IMG/VR virus record: IMGVR_UViG_3300009001_000002 | Span: 1-61,190 of that record | Length of the DNA stretch: 61,190 bases | From: a virus | Taxonomy: Duplodnaviria > Caudoviricetes | Direction: 5' to 3' (one strand) | In this document: one piece after another, positions 36,979 to 47,941 of the stretch | How positions within the stretch are numbered: the first letter of the stretch is position 1 | Layout of the letters: every line of letters starts with the position of its first letter | Program-made: the position numbers and the translations under genes | The notes under the pieces: generated by a model | The model's input: the letters and a program-made list of their open reading frames with translations, nothing else | Databases searched by the model: none | Told to the model about the DNA's origin: nothing

Positions 36979-37875
36979 ATGTCGTTTTCTAGCGTTTCAT
37001 TTTCTGAAGCACCGTTTTCCGCAGAAGGAAAAATAAATATTGAAATCCTTATTACAGGACTTCAAGCGAGTACTTCTTTAAATTCCGTTACAGTATCTAC
37101 GGAACAGTTTATTTCCGTTACAGGAGTAGAAGCAACTACTACTCTTTCAGATGAAATCGTAGTCGGAAACGCTGTTATTATTGAAACAGGTGAAGAAGCG
37201 ACTGTTTCATTAGGAAACGAAGCAGTAATCGGAAGTGCTAATATTTCTATTACAGGATTAGAAGCAACTACTACTCTTTCAGATGAGGTTGTCGTAGGAA
37301 ATGCTGTCGTTATCGAAGAAGGTGTTGAAGCGACAGGAAACGTTTCTAGTGTTACAGTTGCTGTAAATCAAATATTCAGCGTAACAGGTGAAGAAGCACA
37401 AAGCGTGCTTTCAGATGAAGTTGTAGTCGGAAATGCTGTAATCGTCATTACGACAGGGGTTCAAGGAAATACTCAATTAGGAAACGAAACAGTTGTAGCG
37501 GATGCAAATGTCGTAGTTACAGGTGAAGAATTAACATCAGCTTTAAGTGGAGTTGAAGTATCAACTGATCAAATTTTATCCGTAACAGGTCAAGAATTAA
37601 CATTAACTTTAAATAATGTAGTAGTTTCAACTAGTGCTTTAGTTACAGCTACAGGAAATGAATTACAATTAATTCAAGGAAACGTTACAGTATCTACTGA
37701 ACAAATTCTTCCAATTTCTGGATTTTCTGCTAATATAAGTTTAGGTTCACCTAATATCTGGCAAGCAATACCAGGAATTAGTAATACTTGGACGGAAGTA
37801 GATGCATCTTCGACTAATACATGGTCAAATGTAAATACTTCAAGCACAAACACATGGACAAAGGTAGCGGCATAA
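36979..37875 (+). CDS. Repetitive V/T/G/E-rich virion protein
   Basis: About 21-aa V.VTG.EAT..L repeats. Confidence 0.6.
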   Translation: MSFSSVSFSEAPFSAEGKINIEILITGLQASTSLNSVTVSTEQFISVTGVEATTTLSDEIVVGNAVIIETGEEATVSLGNEAVIGSANISITGLEATTTLSDEVVVGNAVVIEEGVEATGNVSSVTVAVNQIFSVTGEEAQSVLSDEVVVGNAVIVITTGVQGNTQLGNETVVADANVVVTGEELTSALSGVEVSTDQILSVTGQELTLTLNNVVVSTSALVTATGNELQLIQGNVTVSTEQILPISGFSANISLGSPNIWQAIPGISNTWTEVDASSTNTWSNVNTSSTNTWTKVAA

Positions 37876-37876
37876 A

Positions 37877-38866
37877 ATGGCATCAACTTATTCAGATCGA
37901 TTAAAATTAGAACTTATGGAAGCTGGCGCAAACGCTGGTATTTGGGGAAATAATACAAATGATAACTTACAAGTTATCGATGCTGCAGTAGGAGGTTATC
38001 TTACTAAAAATGTTTCAGGTAGCACAAATGTTACTTTAAGTCAAGCGAATAGAGACCCTGACGTAGAAACGACTAATGAATCAGCAAATAAAGTAATTGA
38101 ATTTACAGGAACATTAACAGGAAATATTTATGTTTACGTTCCTGCAGTAGAAAAAGAATACGTCTTTCATAATAATACTTCCGGTAGTTATACTTTAACA
38201 GTAGCACCAACAGGGCATACCGCTAATGGAGTTGCTGTAAGTCAAGGCGCACATACGATTATGTATAATAAAAACGGAAATGAAATGGTAGATCTTTTCG
38301 CTAACTCTTTAGGAACGTTAAGTGCGGATACAATTAATGCGACTACGTATACAGGAGATGGATCTTCTTTAACAGGAATTCAACCTTTTACTTCTGGAAC
38401 AAAAATGTTATTTCAACAAACATCAGCGCCAACTGGTTGGACGAAAGACACAACTCACGATAATAAAGCGTTACGTGTCGTTACAGGAACAGCAAGTTCA
38501 GGTGGTAGTAATACTTTTTCAGGCGCATTTAATACAGCTCAAACTGTTAGTGGTACATCGGGAGGCACTTCCGTTACTATTACAGGAAGCACTGCGGGTC
38601 ACGTTTTAACACAAGCACAACTTCCCGATTACATTTTAGTACCAGATCAAAAAGCGAAAACGGAAGATAAAGGTCCTTTAAATAGAGGTTCTTCTTCTGG
38701 CGGTGGAGCGAGTTATGAACTTTTAGATATTCCTTCAGGTGGTTCTGATCAAGCACACAGTCACGGCGTAGGTACTTTAGCCGGTTCATCTCACACTCAC
38801 ACATTCAGTGATGATTTCAATCTAGACGTTCAATATGTCGATTTAATTATCGCTTCGAAAGATTAA
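37877..38866 (+). CDS. Tail/baseplate-like protein with collar-type domain
   Basis: MASTYS..LKLELM..G.N.G.WG..TN.NL; F.QTSAPTGWTK; HSH/HTH motifs. Confidence 0.65.
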   Translation: MASTYSDRLKLELMEAGANAGIWGNNTNDNLQVIDAAVGGYLTKNVSGSTNVTLSQANRDPDVETTNESANKVIEFTGTLTGNIYVYVPAVEKEYVFHNNTSGSYTLTVAPTGHTANGVAVSQGAHTIMYNKNGNEMVDLFANSLGTLSADTINATTYTGDGSSLTGIQPFTSGTKMLFQQTSAPTGWTKDTTHDNKALRVVTGTASSGGSNTFSGAFNTAQTVSGTSGGTSVTITGSTAGHVLTQAQLPDYILVPDQKAKTEDKGPLNRGSSSGGGASYELLDIPSGGSDQAHSHGVGTLAGSSHTHTFSDDFNLDVQYVDLIIASKD

Positions 38867-38868
38867 CA

Positions 38869-39147
38869 TTGAAAATTGAAGTTAAAGATAACTGCCCTCT
38901 TAATAACTTTAAACCTTGTAAAAAATTTGACTGTGCTTGGTTTATACAGATAAGAGGAACGCATCCTCAAACGGGTGAAGAATTAGATGAGTATGGTTGT
39001 GCGATGGCGATGATGCCATTACTTATGATTGAAAATTCAAGACAAACAAATCAAGCAGGCGCTGCAATTGAAAGCTTTCGTAATGAAATGGTGAAAGCTA
39101 ATTTAGTAACGACTGCTAAATTATTAAATAAGAAAGATGCTGAATAA
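38869..39147 (+). CDS. Conserved Cys-containing protein
   Basis: CPL...C...CAWF..IRG..PQTG...GCA...AAIESFRNEMV. Confidence 0.6.
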   Translation: MKIEVKDNCPLNNFKPCKKFDCAWFIQIRGTHPQTGEELDEYGCAMAMMPLLMIENSRQTNQAGAAIESFRNEMVKANLVTTAKLLNKKDAE

Positions 39148-40996
39148 AGTTCAATTTAGACCTGGGATAGATAAAGAAAACACTGAATATGGTGCGGAAG
39201 GAACATGGGTTGATTGCGATAAAGTTCGTTTTCGATTCGGACTTCCTCAAAAAATAGGAGGTTGGCTTCGTATCGCAAGTTCAGCGATGGTCGGAGCTGT
39301 TCGAGGAATTAAAGCTTGGTTTGATTTAGACGGAAGTCGATATATCGGACTCGGTACGAATAAAAAAGTTTACGTTTTTAACGGTGGAAATCTTTACGAT
39401 ATTACTCCTATTCGTCAAACAAATACGTCTTTAACCAGTTTATTTACGTCTACAAATGGTAGTTCAAACGTTACTGTTCATATTAATAGTCACGGCGCTG
39501 GTTCAGGTGATTTTGTTATTTTTGATAATATTTCTAGTTTAACGGGAAGTACTTCATACACTGTTTCTGATTTTGAAACAGGAGAATTCGAAGTTCAAAG
39601 TGTCGCTAACGGCGATGCTTTTTATATTGAGATGCCGTCTGCAGAATCAGGAGTAGGTATTACAACAACCGGAAGTGGCGATGCGGAATTTGAAGAAACA
39701 GTAGAACCTGACGTTCAAACAGTAGGATATGGTTGGGGTACATCTACTTGGGGATCAGAAGCATGGGGAACTGCTCGTTCCGTTTCTAGTGTTACTCTCG
39801 ATATGGGAATGTGGAGTTTTGATAACGCTGGTGAAGATTTATACGGTTGGAAAAAGAATGGTGGAACTTACGTATGGGATACTTCCGCAGGACTAGATAA
39901 TAATCGAATGACTCAAGTTAGTAATGCTCCTACCGCTTCTATTACAGGATTAGTTTCTACTCCTGATCGTCATTTAATTTGTTTCGGAACAGAACTAACG
40001 ATAGGAACTCCAAGTACACAGGACACAATGTTTATTCGCTGGTCGGATCAAGAAAACTTTACTCAATGGACTGCTTCTCCTACAAATACAGCAGGTTCTC
40101 AAAGATTAGGTGAAGGTAGTAAAATTATTTCTGCGAAAAAAACTAGAAATGAAATTTTAGTATGGACTGATTTAGGACTTCATAGTATGCAGTTTATCGG
40201 TCCTCCTTTTACTTTTGGCTTTCGATTATTAGGAACAGATTGTGGAGCTGTTGGTTTGAATTCTACAGTAGTCGTTAATGATACAGCATACTGGATGTCG
40301 GAAGGTCGATTTATGGTCTATCGAGGTTCTATTCAAGAACTTCCTTGTAGTGTTAAATCGTATGTATTTAATGATATTAACACATCTCAAAATCCTCAAA
40401 TATATGCAGGCGAGAATAATGAATTTAATGAAGTTATCTGGTTTTACTGTTCAGCAAATTCAAGTCAAGTAGATCGATATGTTATTTATAATTATCAAGA
40501 AAATGTATGGTATGTTGGAACTATGAATCGTAGTACTTGGGTCGATCAAGGAGTATTTTCTATTCCTCAAGCTACGGAATATTACGCTAGTTCTACTGCC
40601 GCTACTACTCAAACATTAAACGGAGTATCACCCGGTCGTAGTTTTATTTATGAACATGAAACAGGAACAACTAAAAATGGTGATATTATGGAATCGTATA
40701 TTACAAGTGGAGATGTAGATATCGCAGACGGAGATCAATTTATGTTTATTCGAGGATATATTCCTGATTTTAAAAACTTACAGGGAACAGTGAAAATGAA
40801 TTTATTATCAAGAGAGTTTCCTGCTGATACTCAAACGGAATCAGGAGAAATTAATATTACTTCTAGTACAAGAGATGTAAACACAAGAGCGAGAGGAAGG
40901 CAAATTGCAGTAAAAATATTAAGCGATTCTAGTTTAGATGATAATTGGAGATTCGGAACTTTACGAGTTGATGCTCGACCCGATGGTAAACGTTAA
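39137..40996 (+). CDS. Tail tubular protein B / P22 gp10-like nozzle
   Basis: Beta-propeller-like; IRWSDQE, WFY, RYV.YNY.E..W, RARGRQ, DGKR end. Confidence 0.7.
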   Translation: MLNKVQFRPGIDKENTEYGAEGTWVDCDKVRFRFGLPQKIGGWLRIASSAMVGAVRGIKAWFDLDGSRYIGLGTNKKVYVFNGGNLYDITPIRQTNTSLTSLFTSTNGSSNVTVHINSHGAGSGDFVIFDNISSLTGSTSYTVSDFETGEFEVQSVANGDAFYIEMPSAESGVGITTTGSGDAEFEETVEPDVQTVGYGWGTSTWGSEAWGTARSVSSVTLDMGMWSFDNAGEDLYGWKKNGGTYVWDTSAGLDNNRMTQVSNAPTASITGLVSTPDRHLICFGTELTIGTPSTQDTMFIRWSDQENFTQWTASPTNTAGSQRLGEGSKIISAKKTRNEILVWTDLGLHSMQFIGPPFTFGFRLLGTDCGAVGLNSTVVVNDTAYWMSEGRFMVYRGSIQELPCSVKSYVFNDINTSQNPQIYAGENNEFNEVIWFYCSANSSQVDRYVIYNYQENVWYVGTMNRSTWVDQGVFSIPQATEYYASSTAATTQTLNGVSPGRSFIYEHETGTTKNGDIMESYITSGDVDIADGDQFMFIRGYIPDFKNLQGTVKMNLLSREFPADTQTESGEINITSSTRDVNTRARGRQIAVKILSDSSLDDNWRFGTLRVDARPDGKR

Positions 40997-41247
40997 TGAC
41001 TTTTAAAAGACCTCCTACGATTCCTTTAAGTCGAAATAAAGACGATATAAACGAGATATATAATCGAGCGGTTACTGACTTAGAGCAGTACTTATTAGAG
41101 ATTACTCAGCCTGCTGGCACTGGTTTTTCTACGAGTAACGTTACTACGACTAAGGATCTAGATGCATCCACCGCTACTTTATCTGATGTAGCTAACGTTC
41201 TAGGAACGCTTATAGACGCTTTAAAATCGAAAGGATTACTTGATTAA
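40996..41247 (+). CDS. Hypothetical structural protein
   Basis: Coupled to the previous gene. Confidence 0.5.
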   Translation: MTFKRPPTIPLSRNKDDINEIYNRAVTDLEQYLLEITQPAGTGFSTSNVTTTKDLDASTATLSDVANVLGTLIDALKSKGLLD

Positions 41248-41683
41248 CTATCGCAAAGCGACTTTAGATGATGTACGACCTATTAGGAATTTACTCCTTG
41301 ATTGGTTAAAAGAATCGCCTTTAAACTTAGGAAAGCCTAATACAGGAAAGGGAGATGCTTATATACACGATATTATCTATAATCATTTCGTTATTGTGGC
41401 TGAAAAAGAGGGTAAAATTATAGGAACGATATCTTTAGTATTAGGAGATATGTGGTACACAGATAAGAAGTTTTATCGAGTAAATTGGCTCTATGTAGAT
41501 AATAAAAAAAGGAATAGTAGAATAGCAAAAAAATTGCTAGAATATGTTAAAGAATACGTTAAACTAACGAAAATGCCTTTAATACTTGAAATGACACAAG
41601 GACACGATATCGATAGAAAACATCAATGGCTAATGAGACAGAACTTCGAATATCTAGGCGGAACATACGGAGATAATTTATAA
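41240..41683 (+). CDS. GNAT acetyltransferase
   Basis: YRKATLDD...VAEKEGKIIG...LYVD..KRNSRIAKKLL. Confidence 0.75.
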   Translation: MINYRKATLDDVRPIRNLLLDWLKESPLNLGKPNTGKGDAYIHDIIYNHFVIVAEKEGKIIGTISLVLGDMWYTDKKFYRVNWLYVDNKKRNSRIAKKLLEYVKEYVKLTKMPLILEMTQGHDIDRKHQWLMRQNFEYLGGTYGDNL

Positions 41684-42795
41684 TGGGAAGTTTATTTAAA
41701 CCAACTTCAACTGTAGTACAAGCACCAAGTCAAAGTCAAGTACAATATGAAATTCCACAGTACTTTAAAGATTTACAGGAATCTGTATTTTCGAGAGCGA
41801 ATGCTGCAAGTCAACAACCATTTCAAGCATATACAGGAGATCGTATTGCAGATTTAACAGCTTTGCAAAACGCTGCAATAACTCAAGCACAAACAAATTT
41901 AGGTCAATTCGGAACATCAGGAGTTATACCGGAAGCACAACAAAGAGTATCTGCCGCGGCGGATATAGCAGGAATGCAGTTTACTCCTCAAATGGCTCAG
42001 CAGTATATGAATCCTTATACTCAACAAGTTACGAATGCCGCAATAAGAAATTTACAAGAACAATCAGCTTTAGCTTCACAAGGACAACGAGCACAAGCGG
42101 CACAACGAGGTGCTTTTGGTGGAGCAAGACAGGGAATACAAGAAGCTGTACTTCAAGCTGAAACAGCAAAGAAAGCTGGTGATATTACAGCTCAGTTACA
42201 ATCTCAAGCATTTTCTGAAGCTGCAGGAAGATTCGCTCAAGACCGTGCTGCCGCTGCAACTGGTCAGATGCAAGCTGCACAAGCAATTCCTGCGTTACAA
42301 GCACAGTTAGGTCAAGTAGGACTTCAAGAAGCTGCCGCTGCAACTCAGTTCGGTGGTTTACAGCAAGCAGTAGAACAACAACGATTACTAGAAAATTATC
42401 GTGACTTTGTAGAACAGCAAGGTTTTGAAAGAGGTCAACTTGGATTTTTATCGAGTATTCTTACAGGTGCTCCGATTCGTTCTTACGGTGAAGAGCGTTC
42501 TGGTACAGTAGGTCAGGTAATAGGTGGAACTTCACCATTTGGTCAAATTGCAGGCGCCGCTGGAGCATTCTATGGTATGGGTGGCATGCCTAGTGATGTA
42601 AGATTAAAAGAAAATATTGAACTAGTAGGACAATCTCCGTCAGGAATAAATATTTATGAATTCAATTATATAGATAGTCCTCATAGATATCAAGGAGTAA
42701 TGGCTCAAGAAGTACCAGAAGCTTCGTTTGAAGTTAAAGGATATTTAGCTGTAGATTACAGTAAAGTAGATGTAGACTTTAAAAAGCTGAGTTAG
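41683..42795 (+). CDS. DNA ejection/pilot protein with C-terminal S74-like domain
   Basis: A/Q-rich helix, YMNPY, GAFGGARQG; SDVRLKENI...GVMAQEV...VDYSK. Confidence 0.65.
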   Translation: MGSLFKPTSTVVQAPSQSQVQYEIPQYFKDLQESVFSRANAASQQPFQAYTGDRIADLTALQNAAITQAQTNLGQFGTSGVIPEAQQRVSAAADIAGMQFTPQMAQQYMNPYTQQVTNAAIRNLQEQSALASQGQRAQAAQRGAFGGARQGIQEAVLQAETAKKAGDITAQLQSQAFSEAAGRFAQDRAAAATGQMQAAQAIPALQAQLGQVGLQEAAAATQFGGLQQAVEQQRLLENYRDFVEQQGFERGQLGFLSSILTGAPIRSYGEERSGTVGQVIGGTSPFGQIAGAAGAFYGMGGMPSDVRLKENIELVGQSPSGINIYEFNYIDSPHRYQGVMAQEVPEASFEVKGYLAVDYSKVDVDFKKLS

Positions 42796-42796
42796 C

Positions 42797-44716
42797 ATGG
42801 CAGCAGCTTTAGATATAAAAGAAGATTTTAATATTCTTCAAGGTTTCTTTAAAGACAATAATCAAGAAGGCATAGATAGTATTTATGATAAATATGGTGG
42901 AAAAGAAAAATTTGAACAAGCGATTGTAAATTACGATACAGCTAATGAAGCACCGCCGGGAACGGAAGAAAGAATATCTACTGAGGAAGTTCTTGCTCAA
43001 ATGGATAAACAAGAAGATATATCTACTAGCCAAGCTGGTGGTCAAACTATATTTCAAGATTTAGAAAAATTTAAAGACGCTGAAAAACAATTTCAAGACT
43101 ATGAAGAAAAACTAGCAGTTGCTGATAATATTATTAATATTGCTGGATTAACTGACGATCAAGGAGATGCTTTAAAGAAAAGTTTAGGTCTTAATACTAA
43201 AGGTATTATGGGAACTTTAAAAGAAGTTGCTTCTGGATTTGGTGAAATATTTACAGGAAGAACTAACGTAGATTTAGAAAATCTTCAAGCTGCCGGCAAA
43301 GTTGCGGGTGCTCTTCCTATGACTGGTAATCAAGCTGGCACTTTATATCAAACAGCTTTTTCCGAAGATACGGGACGTGATGTTTTTGCAGAAAGATTAA
43401 CTGATCCTAGAACTCAATTCTTTTTAAGATTAGCGAGAGAATCAGGAACACCTTCTTTCGCTTCTCCATTTGCACGTGTTGCTAATGCTGCACTTCAAAC
43501 AGGTGAAGCTGAACAACAAAAATTATTAAACTTATTACGATATGGACAAAAAGATAAAACAACTGGTCCTAAATATGAAACAAAACAAATAAGATACACA
43601 ATTCAAAAAAATGATCCTTACTTTTCTGAATTAGGCTTTGCTCCAAATACAGCAGGATATGCGACAGTTCAATTAAAAGACGGAAAAGTTGATGAGTATT
43701 TAGATTTCGCTTTATCTACTCAAAAAGTTCCTGGTTCAGAACCATTTGATCCAAGTAAATTTCCTTATATTGAAGAAGAAGATAAAAGAATCGTTGGAGT
43801 TGATTTAAATGAATTAACTAAGCAGAAAGATTTATTATCTGAAAATGTAAGATTAGCTTCTTCGATTGAACGAGGTCCTGAAGGTATTACTAACGCTGAT
43901 AGATTACTTTCACCTGTTGTTGAATTTGTTAGTACCAAAAGTCCAGATCTTGCTAATGCGATAGCTGAAATAGCAGGAAGAGATAAAAAAGATTTTTCTA
44001 TATTTAAAGATATGGAAGCAAACGTTTTCGATTTATTGTTAAATGATCTTAAAAACTTATACCCTGTTTCTGATAACGACATGAACGTTATTAAAGCTTC
44101 TAAACCTCTTGGTGCATTTGGATTTGGTTTACGTTCATCTCAGTTACTTTCTTTTAAAGAATATGATATTTTACTAAATCAAGCTGAAAGAGATTTTATT
44201 AATAAAAATTTCCAACTAAATCAAATGCCAACTTCAGCGAGTCCAAAAGGAATTGAGTTTAACGGTAAGAAATATTACTCAGCTTCAAACTATGCGAAAG
44301 CTGTTATAGAAAGTCAAGTTAATCAAGCATTTAAAGAATCAGGTGTAACAGAAGATCAAATGAAAACATGGGGATTTCAAAAAGAAAAAGGAGATTATAA
44401 CGTCTTTACTAAATTAATGGTAATGAACGGAATGGATGTAGCTAAACAATTTAATCAAGATCCGGCTAAAATATTCTTATCTAAATCTGATGCAGCAACT
44501 AATTTATTAGAAAGTTTAAATCTAACACAAGATCCGGAAGATTTAACAGACGCTCAAGCATTGGCAATCGCAAATGATGAGAAAAAACGTAGATCTATTA
44601 TTAGTCAAAACTTAGATGAAGATAGTGCTGAATACAGAAAATGGACAGAAAAATATCCTGGATTAGATATTAACGAATCAATCTTATCGCAACTTTATCC
44701 TAATTATAACTTCTAA
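42797..44716 (+). CDS. Internal virion/ejection protein (putative)
   Basis: Large helical ORF in the ejection-protein position. Confidence 0.55.
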   Translation: MAAALDIKEDFNILQGFFKDNNQEGIDSIYDKYGGKEKFEQAIVNYDTANEAPPGTEERISTEEVLAQMDKQEDISTSQAGGQTIFQDLEKFKDAEKQFQDYEEKLAVADNIINIAGLTDDQGDALKKSLGLNTKGIMGTLKEVASGFGEIFTGRTNVDLENLQAAGKVAGALPMTGNQAGTLYQTAFSEDTGRDVFAERLTDPRTQFFLRLARESGTPSFASPFARVANAALQTGEAEQQKLLNLLRYGQKDKTTGPKYETKQIRYTIQKNDPYFSELGFAPNTAGYATVQLKDGKVDEYLDFALSTQKVPGSEPFDPSKFPYIEEEDKRIVGVDLNELTKQKDLLSENVRLASSIERGPEGITNADRLLSPVVEFVSTKSPDLANAIAEIAGRDKKDFSIFKDMEANVFDLLLNDLKNLYPVSDNDMNVIKASKPLGAFGFGLRSSQLLSFKEYDILLNQAERDFINKNFQLNQMPTSASPKGIEFNGKKYYSASNYAKAVIESQVNQAFKESGVTEDQMKTWGFQKEKGDYNVFTKLMVMNGMDVAKQFNQDPAKIFLSKSDAATNLLESLNLTQDPEDLTDAQALAIANDEKKRRSIISQNLDEDSAEYRKWTEKYPGLDINESILSQLYPNYNF

Positions 44717-47667
44717 TGTCAATAGAAATTTTAAAAAAAATTAATTCTTCAAGTGATGAAGAACTAGATACAATTATTGGTAATCTCTCTGGAAATGTAA
44801 AAGAATCTAAAGAACTAGAAACTCTTGGCTACGATATAGATAAAATGAAAGCAGGAGTAGAAAATTATAATAAAGAACTTGAAAGATATTTAATAGATCA
44901 AGAAGTACAATATAAATTTCCATTTGAACCAGGTACTACTGAATTTGCAAATATAGAATTTCCAGAGGAAAAGAAATATGAAGCAATTGGGGATTTTAAA
45001 CCATCAAAATCAACATCTCTTCAATTACTAGGTTTAAACGCTGAAGAAACAGATGACTTAGCTAATTTTGCATATAATCTAATGTACGGTGCTTCTTCTC
45101 AAATGCCTAGAGATACTACTAAAGAATATGTAGGAAATGTTATTCAATATTTTAATCCTGATTCATCTATTGAAATGGCATACGCTAATGAATTACAACC
45201 AGAAACGCTTAAAGATATTAACAGAATACAGGAATTAGATGACTTAGGTTACAATCTAAATGTTAATGACGATCTTTTATTATACAGAACTGATGGTGGA
45301 AACTGGTCAGTTGTAAATGCGCCGGGTATGTCTAAAGGAGATATTGGATATTTTGGAAAAGATATTGCAAGTATTTTATTAGAGATACCAGCATATGCTG
45401 GCGGAGGTGCTGTTGGTGCTGGTATAGCGGCAGGTGTCGTTGAATCATCTGCTCAATTATTAGCTTGGTACACTAATGCTAAATTATCAGGTCAAGAACC
45501 TACTGCTGAAGAAGGTGTTCAAGTATTTATTGATTCACTTCCTGATGCCGCTATTACAGGAGTATCTACCGCTGTTTTAACGAAACTAGGAGATAAAGTA
45601 TTTAGGTGGGTGTTAAGTAAAGCAGGAAAGAAAACTTTACCAGAAGGAGAGATAGAAGATTCAGCGGCAGCAATAGCTGCCGGTCAAACTAACGTAGATA
45701 AGTTAAATAAAATTAATCAAGAAATACAAGAAACTACAAAAGATTCTAGTAAAGGAGTACAACTTACATTAGGAGAAGCTACGGGTGGATATGAACAAAT
45801 AATAAAAGAAAATACTATTTCAAAGATACCTGAATTAGCCCCTAAATATAATCAAGCATATAAAAATAAAATAAACAAATCTCAAGATGCTTTAGAGACA
45901 TATTCAAAAACTTTATTTGACACTGACGTTGCTCCTCGTACAGCGGTAGTTAGTGAAATGGGGCAAGACATACAGAAAGGATTAACTGAAGGTGTAGAGA
46001 AAGATGTGCAAAGAATACTAGATTCTTACACTACTGATTTTGCTAGTGTTACTAAAATATATGACTTAGTAAGTAAAACAACGGGTCAAGCATCCGATTT
46101 ATTAGATGATTTTGGATTTATTCAAAAAGTATTTCAAGATCAAAATAAAATAATTCAAGGTGAATTAAAAACAATAGAAGATTCCGTTTCTAATATATTA
46201 AATAAATATGGACCTGAAGTAACTGATAATTTAGTTAAGTTATCTACTTTTCAAAAAACTTTAAAACAAATTGATGCTAATCGATCTTTTTTAAATAAAT
46301 TAGAACCGGGTACGAATGAGCATACTTTATTTAAAAACTTTTTAGAATTTACTAAAGACGGAAGAAAAGTAAAAAATTTAACTCTTCAAGAAACTCAACA
46401 ATTAATCCAATACATAGATGCTTTATCTGGAGATGCTTTTTCTTCAGCGTTAAAAGGTGTTCCCGATGCTAAAAAAGGAGAATTTAAACAATTACTTTTC
46501 GCTTTAAGAACTGATTTAAAACGATCTTTAAAAAAGAATTTAAAAGGCGATGCTGACGCTATCTTTGATGCATATGAAAATATGAAAAATATTCGTAGAG
46601 ATTTTGATAATAACGTAGTAAATCAGTTATTTCAAAAATCTAATTCTGGTAAACTTAAATTATCAGACGGAAACATAATTAATCATGTATTAAGTGATCC
46701 TCGTTTCTCTGGTGAAATGGCAAGTATCTTAGATCAAACTCCTAACTTTGCGAAAAAGGCAGCTTTTGAACAATCAATTATTGATGACTACTATAAAAAT
46801 GTTTTAAATGATATGAGTTTGTCGCCTAATGAAATAGCTAAAAAAGCAGAAGCTTGGTTAAAGAATAATAAATATGTTGATAATTTCTTCACTGGTGAAA
46901 ATAGAAATATTTTAAAACAGATGAAAAGCCCGTTAAAATTTAAACAGTTAGTAGAAGCTAATAAAAAAGCTAGTGATCGTGCTTTACAAAAAGTTCAAAG
47001 AGAATTTGAAGGAATTATGGGATTAGACCCTGCTAATTATTTAGATTTCTTTCAAAAAAATCCTACATCTTTTAATCGAGTAATTAATTTAATAAGAACA
47101 GCTGATGCTGGATTAGCTAGAAATATAGAAAAACAAACTAAAGAATTCTTTTTAAAGCAGTTCTTTGAATCAACTTCTGCTTATGATTCAAGAGCAGGTA
47201 TGTATGCTTTTAATGGAGAAAAGTTAAAAGAATTTTTAAACGTAAACAATAATAAAGAAATGCTTAAAAATATCTTCGGAACTCAAAAAGCAGATAAATT
47301 CATTAATACTTTTTCAGATATTGCTGATTTATTAAATACTTTTCAAAAGAAAATAGTTGATGCTGAAAAAGAACCAGTTATTGCTAGAAGTATTCAAAAT
47401 TTATTTCTCGGTCAGTTAGATAGAAAACGCACAATTATTCGTGGTATAAAACAATCAGCTAAACTATTAGGGGCTGAAGAGTATCTTGATAATGTTTTAG
47501 ATTTTGAAAAGTACGCTAAATTACTAGGAGAACAAGAATTTTTAAATCCTAGAGCTACAGTTGTAGCGGCGCAGTATGTAGAAGCTGAAGAACCTGCGGA
47601 AGATTCTATGATAGATAAAATTACAGAAGGCATTATTAGTAAAGGTGGAGAATACGTTAACCCTTAG
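44716..47667 (+). CDS. Large internal virion/ejection protein (putative)
   Basis: 983 aa with a GA-rich hydrophobic stretch; last gene of the virion module. Confidence 0.55.
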   Translation: MSIEILKKINSSSDEELDTIIGNLSGNVKESKELETLGYDIDKMKAGVENYNKELERYLIDQEVQYKFPFEPGTTEFANIEFPEEKKYEAIGDFKPSKSTSLQLLGLNAEETDDLANFAYNLMYGASSQMPRDTTKEYVGNVIQYFNPDSSIEMAYANELQPETLKDINRIQELDDLGYNLNVNDDLLLYRTDGGNWSVVNAPGMSKGDIGYFGKDIASILLEIPAYAGGGAVGAGIAAGVVESSAQLLAWYTNAKLSGQEPTAEEGVQVFIDSLPDAAITGVSTAVLTKLGDKVFRWVLSKAGKKTLPEGEIEDSAAAIAAGQTNVDKLNKINQEIQETTKDSSKGVQLTLGEATGGYEQIIKENTISKIPELAPKYNQAYKNKINKSQDALETYSKTLFDTDVAPRTAVVSEMGQDIQKGLTEGVEKDVQRILDSYTTDFASVTKIYDLVSKTTGQASDLLDDFGFIQKVFQDQNKIIQGELKTIEDSVSNILNKYGPEVTDNLVKLSTFQKTLKQIDANRSFLNKLEPGTNEHTLFKNFLEFTKDGRKVKNLTLQETQQLIQYIDALSGDAFSSALKGVPDAKKGEFKQLLFALRTDLKRSLKKNLKGDADAIFDAYENMKNIRRDFDNNVVNQLFQKSNSGKLKLSDGNIINHVLSDPRFSGEMASILDQTPNFAKKAAFEQSIIDDYYKNVLNDMSLSPNEIAKKAEAWLKNNKYVDNFFTGENRNILKQMKSPLKFKQLVEANKKASDRALQKVQREFEGIMGLDPANYLDFFQKNPTSFNRVINLIRTADAGLARNIEKQTKEFFLKQFFESTSAYDSRAGMYAFNGEKLKEFLNVNNNKEMLKNIFGTQKADKFINTFSDIADLLNTFQKKIVDAEKEPVIARSIQNLFLGQLDRKRTIIRGIKQSAKLLGAEEYLDNVLDFEKYAKLLGEQEFLNPRATVVAAQYVEAEEPAEDSMIDKITEGIISKGGEYVNP

Positions 47668-47941
47668 TAAAGTGGTTAAAGGAACATCAGCAGAATACGC
47701 TGGTATTTCATGGTTACTAAAGCAAGGTTATCATGTTTTTAAAAACGTTCATGTTACTGGTTTTATTGACGTTGTTATATTTGACGGCAAGAAACTCATA
47801 GGAATAGATATTAAAAGTGAAACATTTAGAAAGAAGAATGGACAAAAAATTTATCGAAAACCTTCTAGCAAACAAAAACAATATAGTGTAAAATTACTCT
47901 TTGTAAAAGACAACGGAGAGTGTTATTTTGGAAACGATTAA
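47645..47941 (+). CDS. Small PD-(D/E)xK endonuclease-like protein
   Basis: KG...E......L...GY.VF.N....G.ID......IDIKS. Confidence 0.6.
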   Translation: MENTLTLSKVVKGTSAEYAGISWLLKQGYHVFKNVHVTGFIDVVIFDGKKLIGIDIKSETFRKKNGQKIYRKPSSKQKQYSVKLLFVKDNGECYFGND

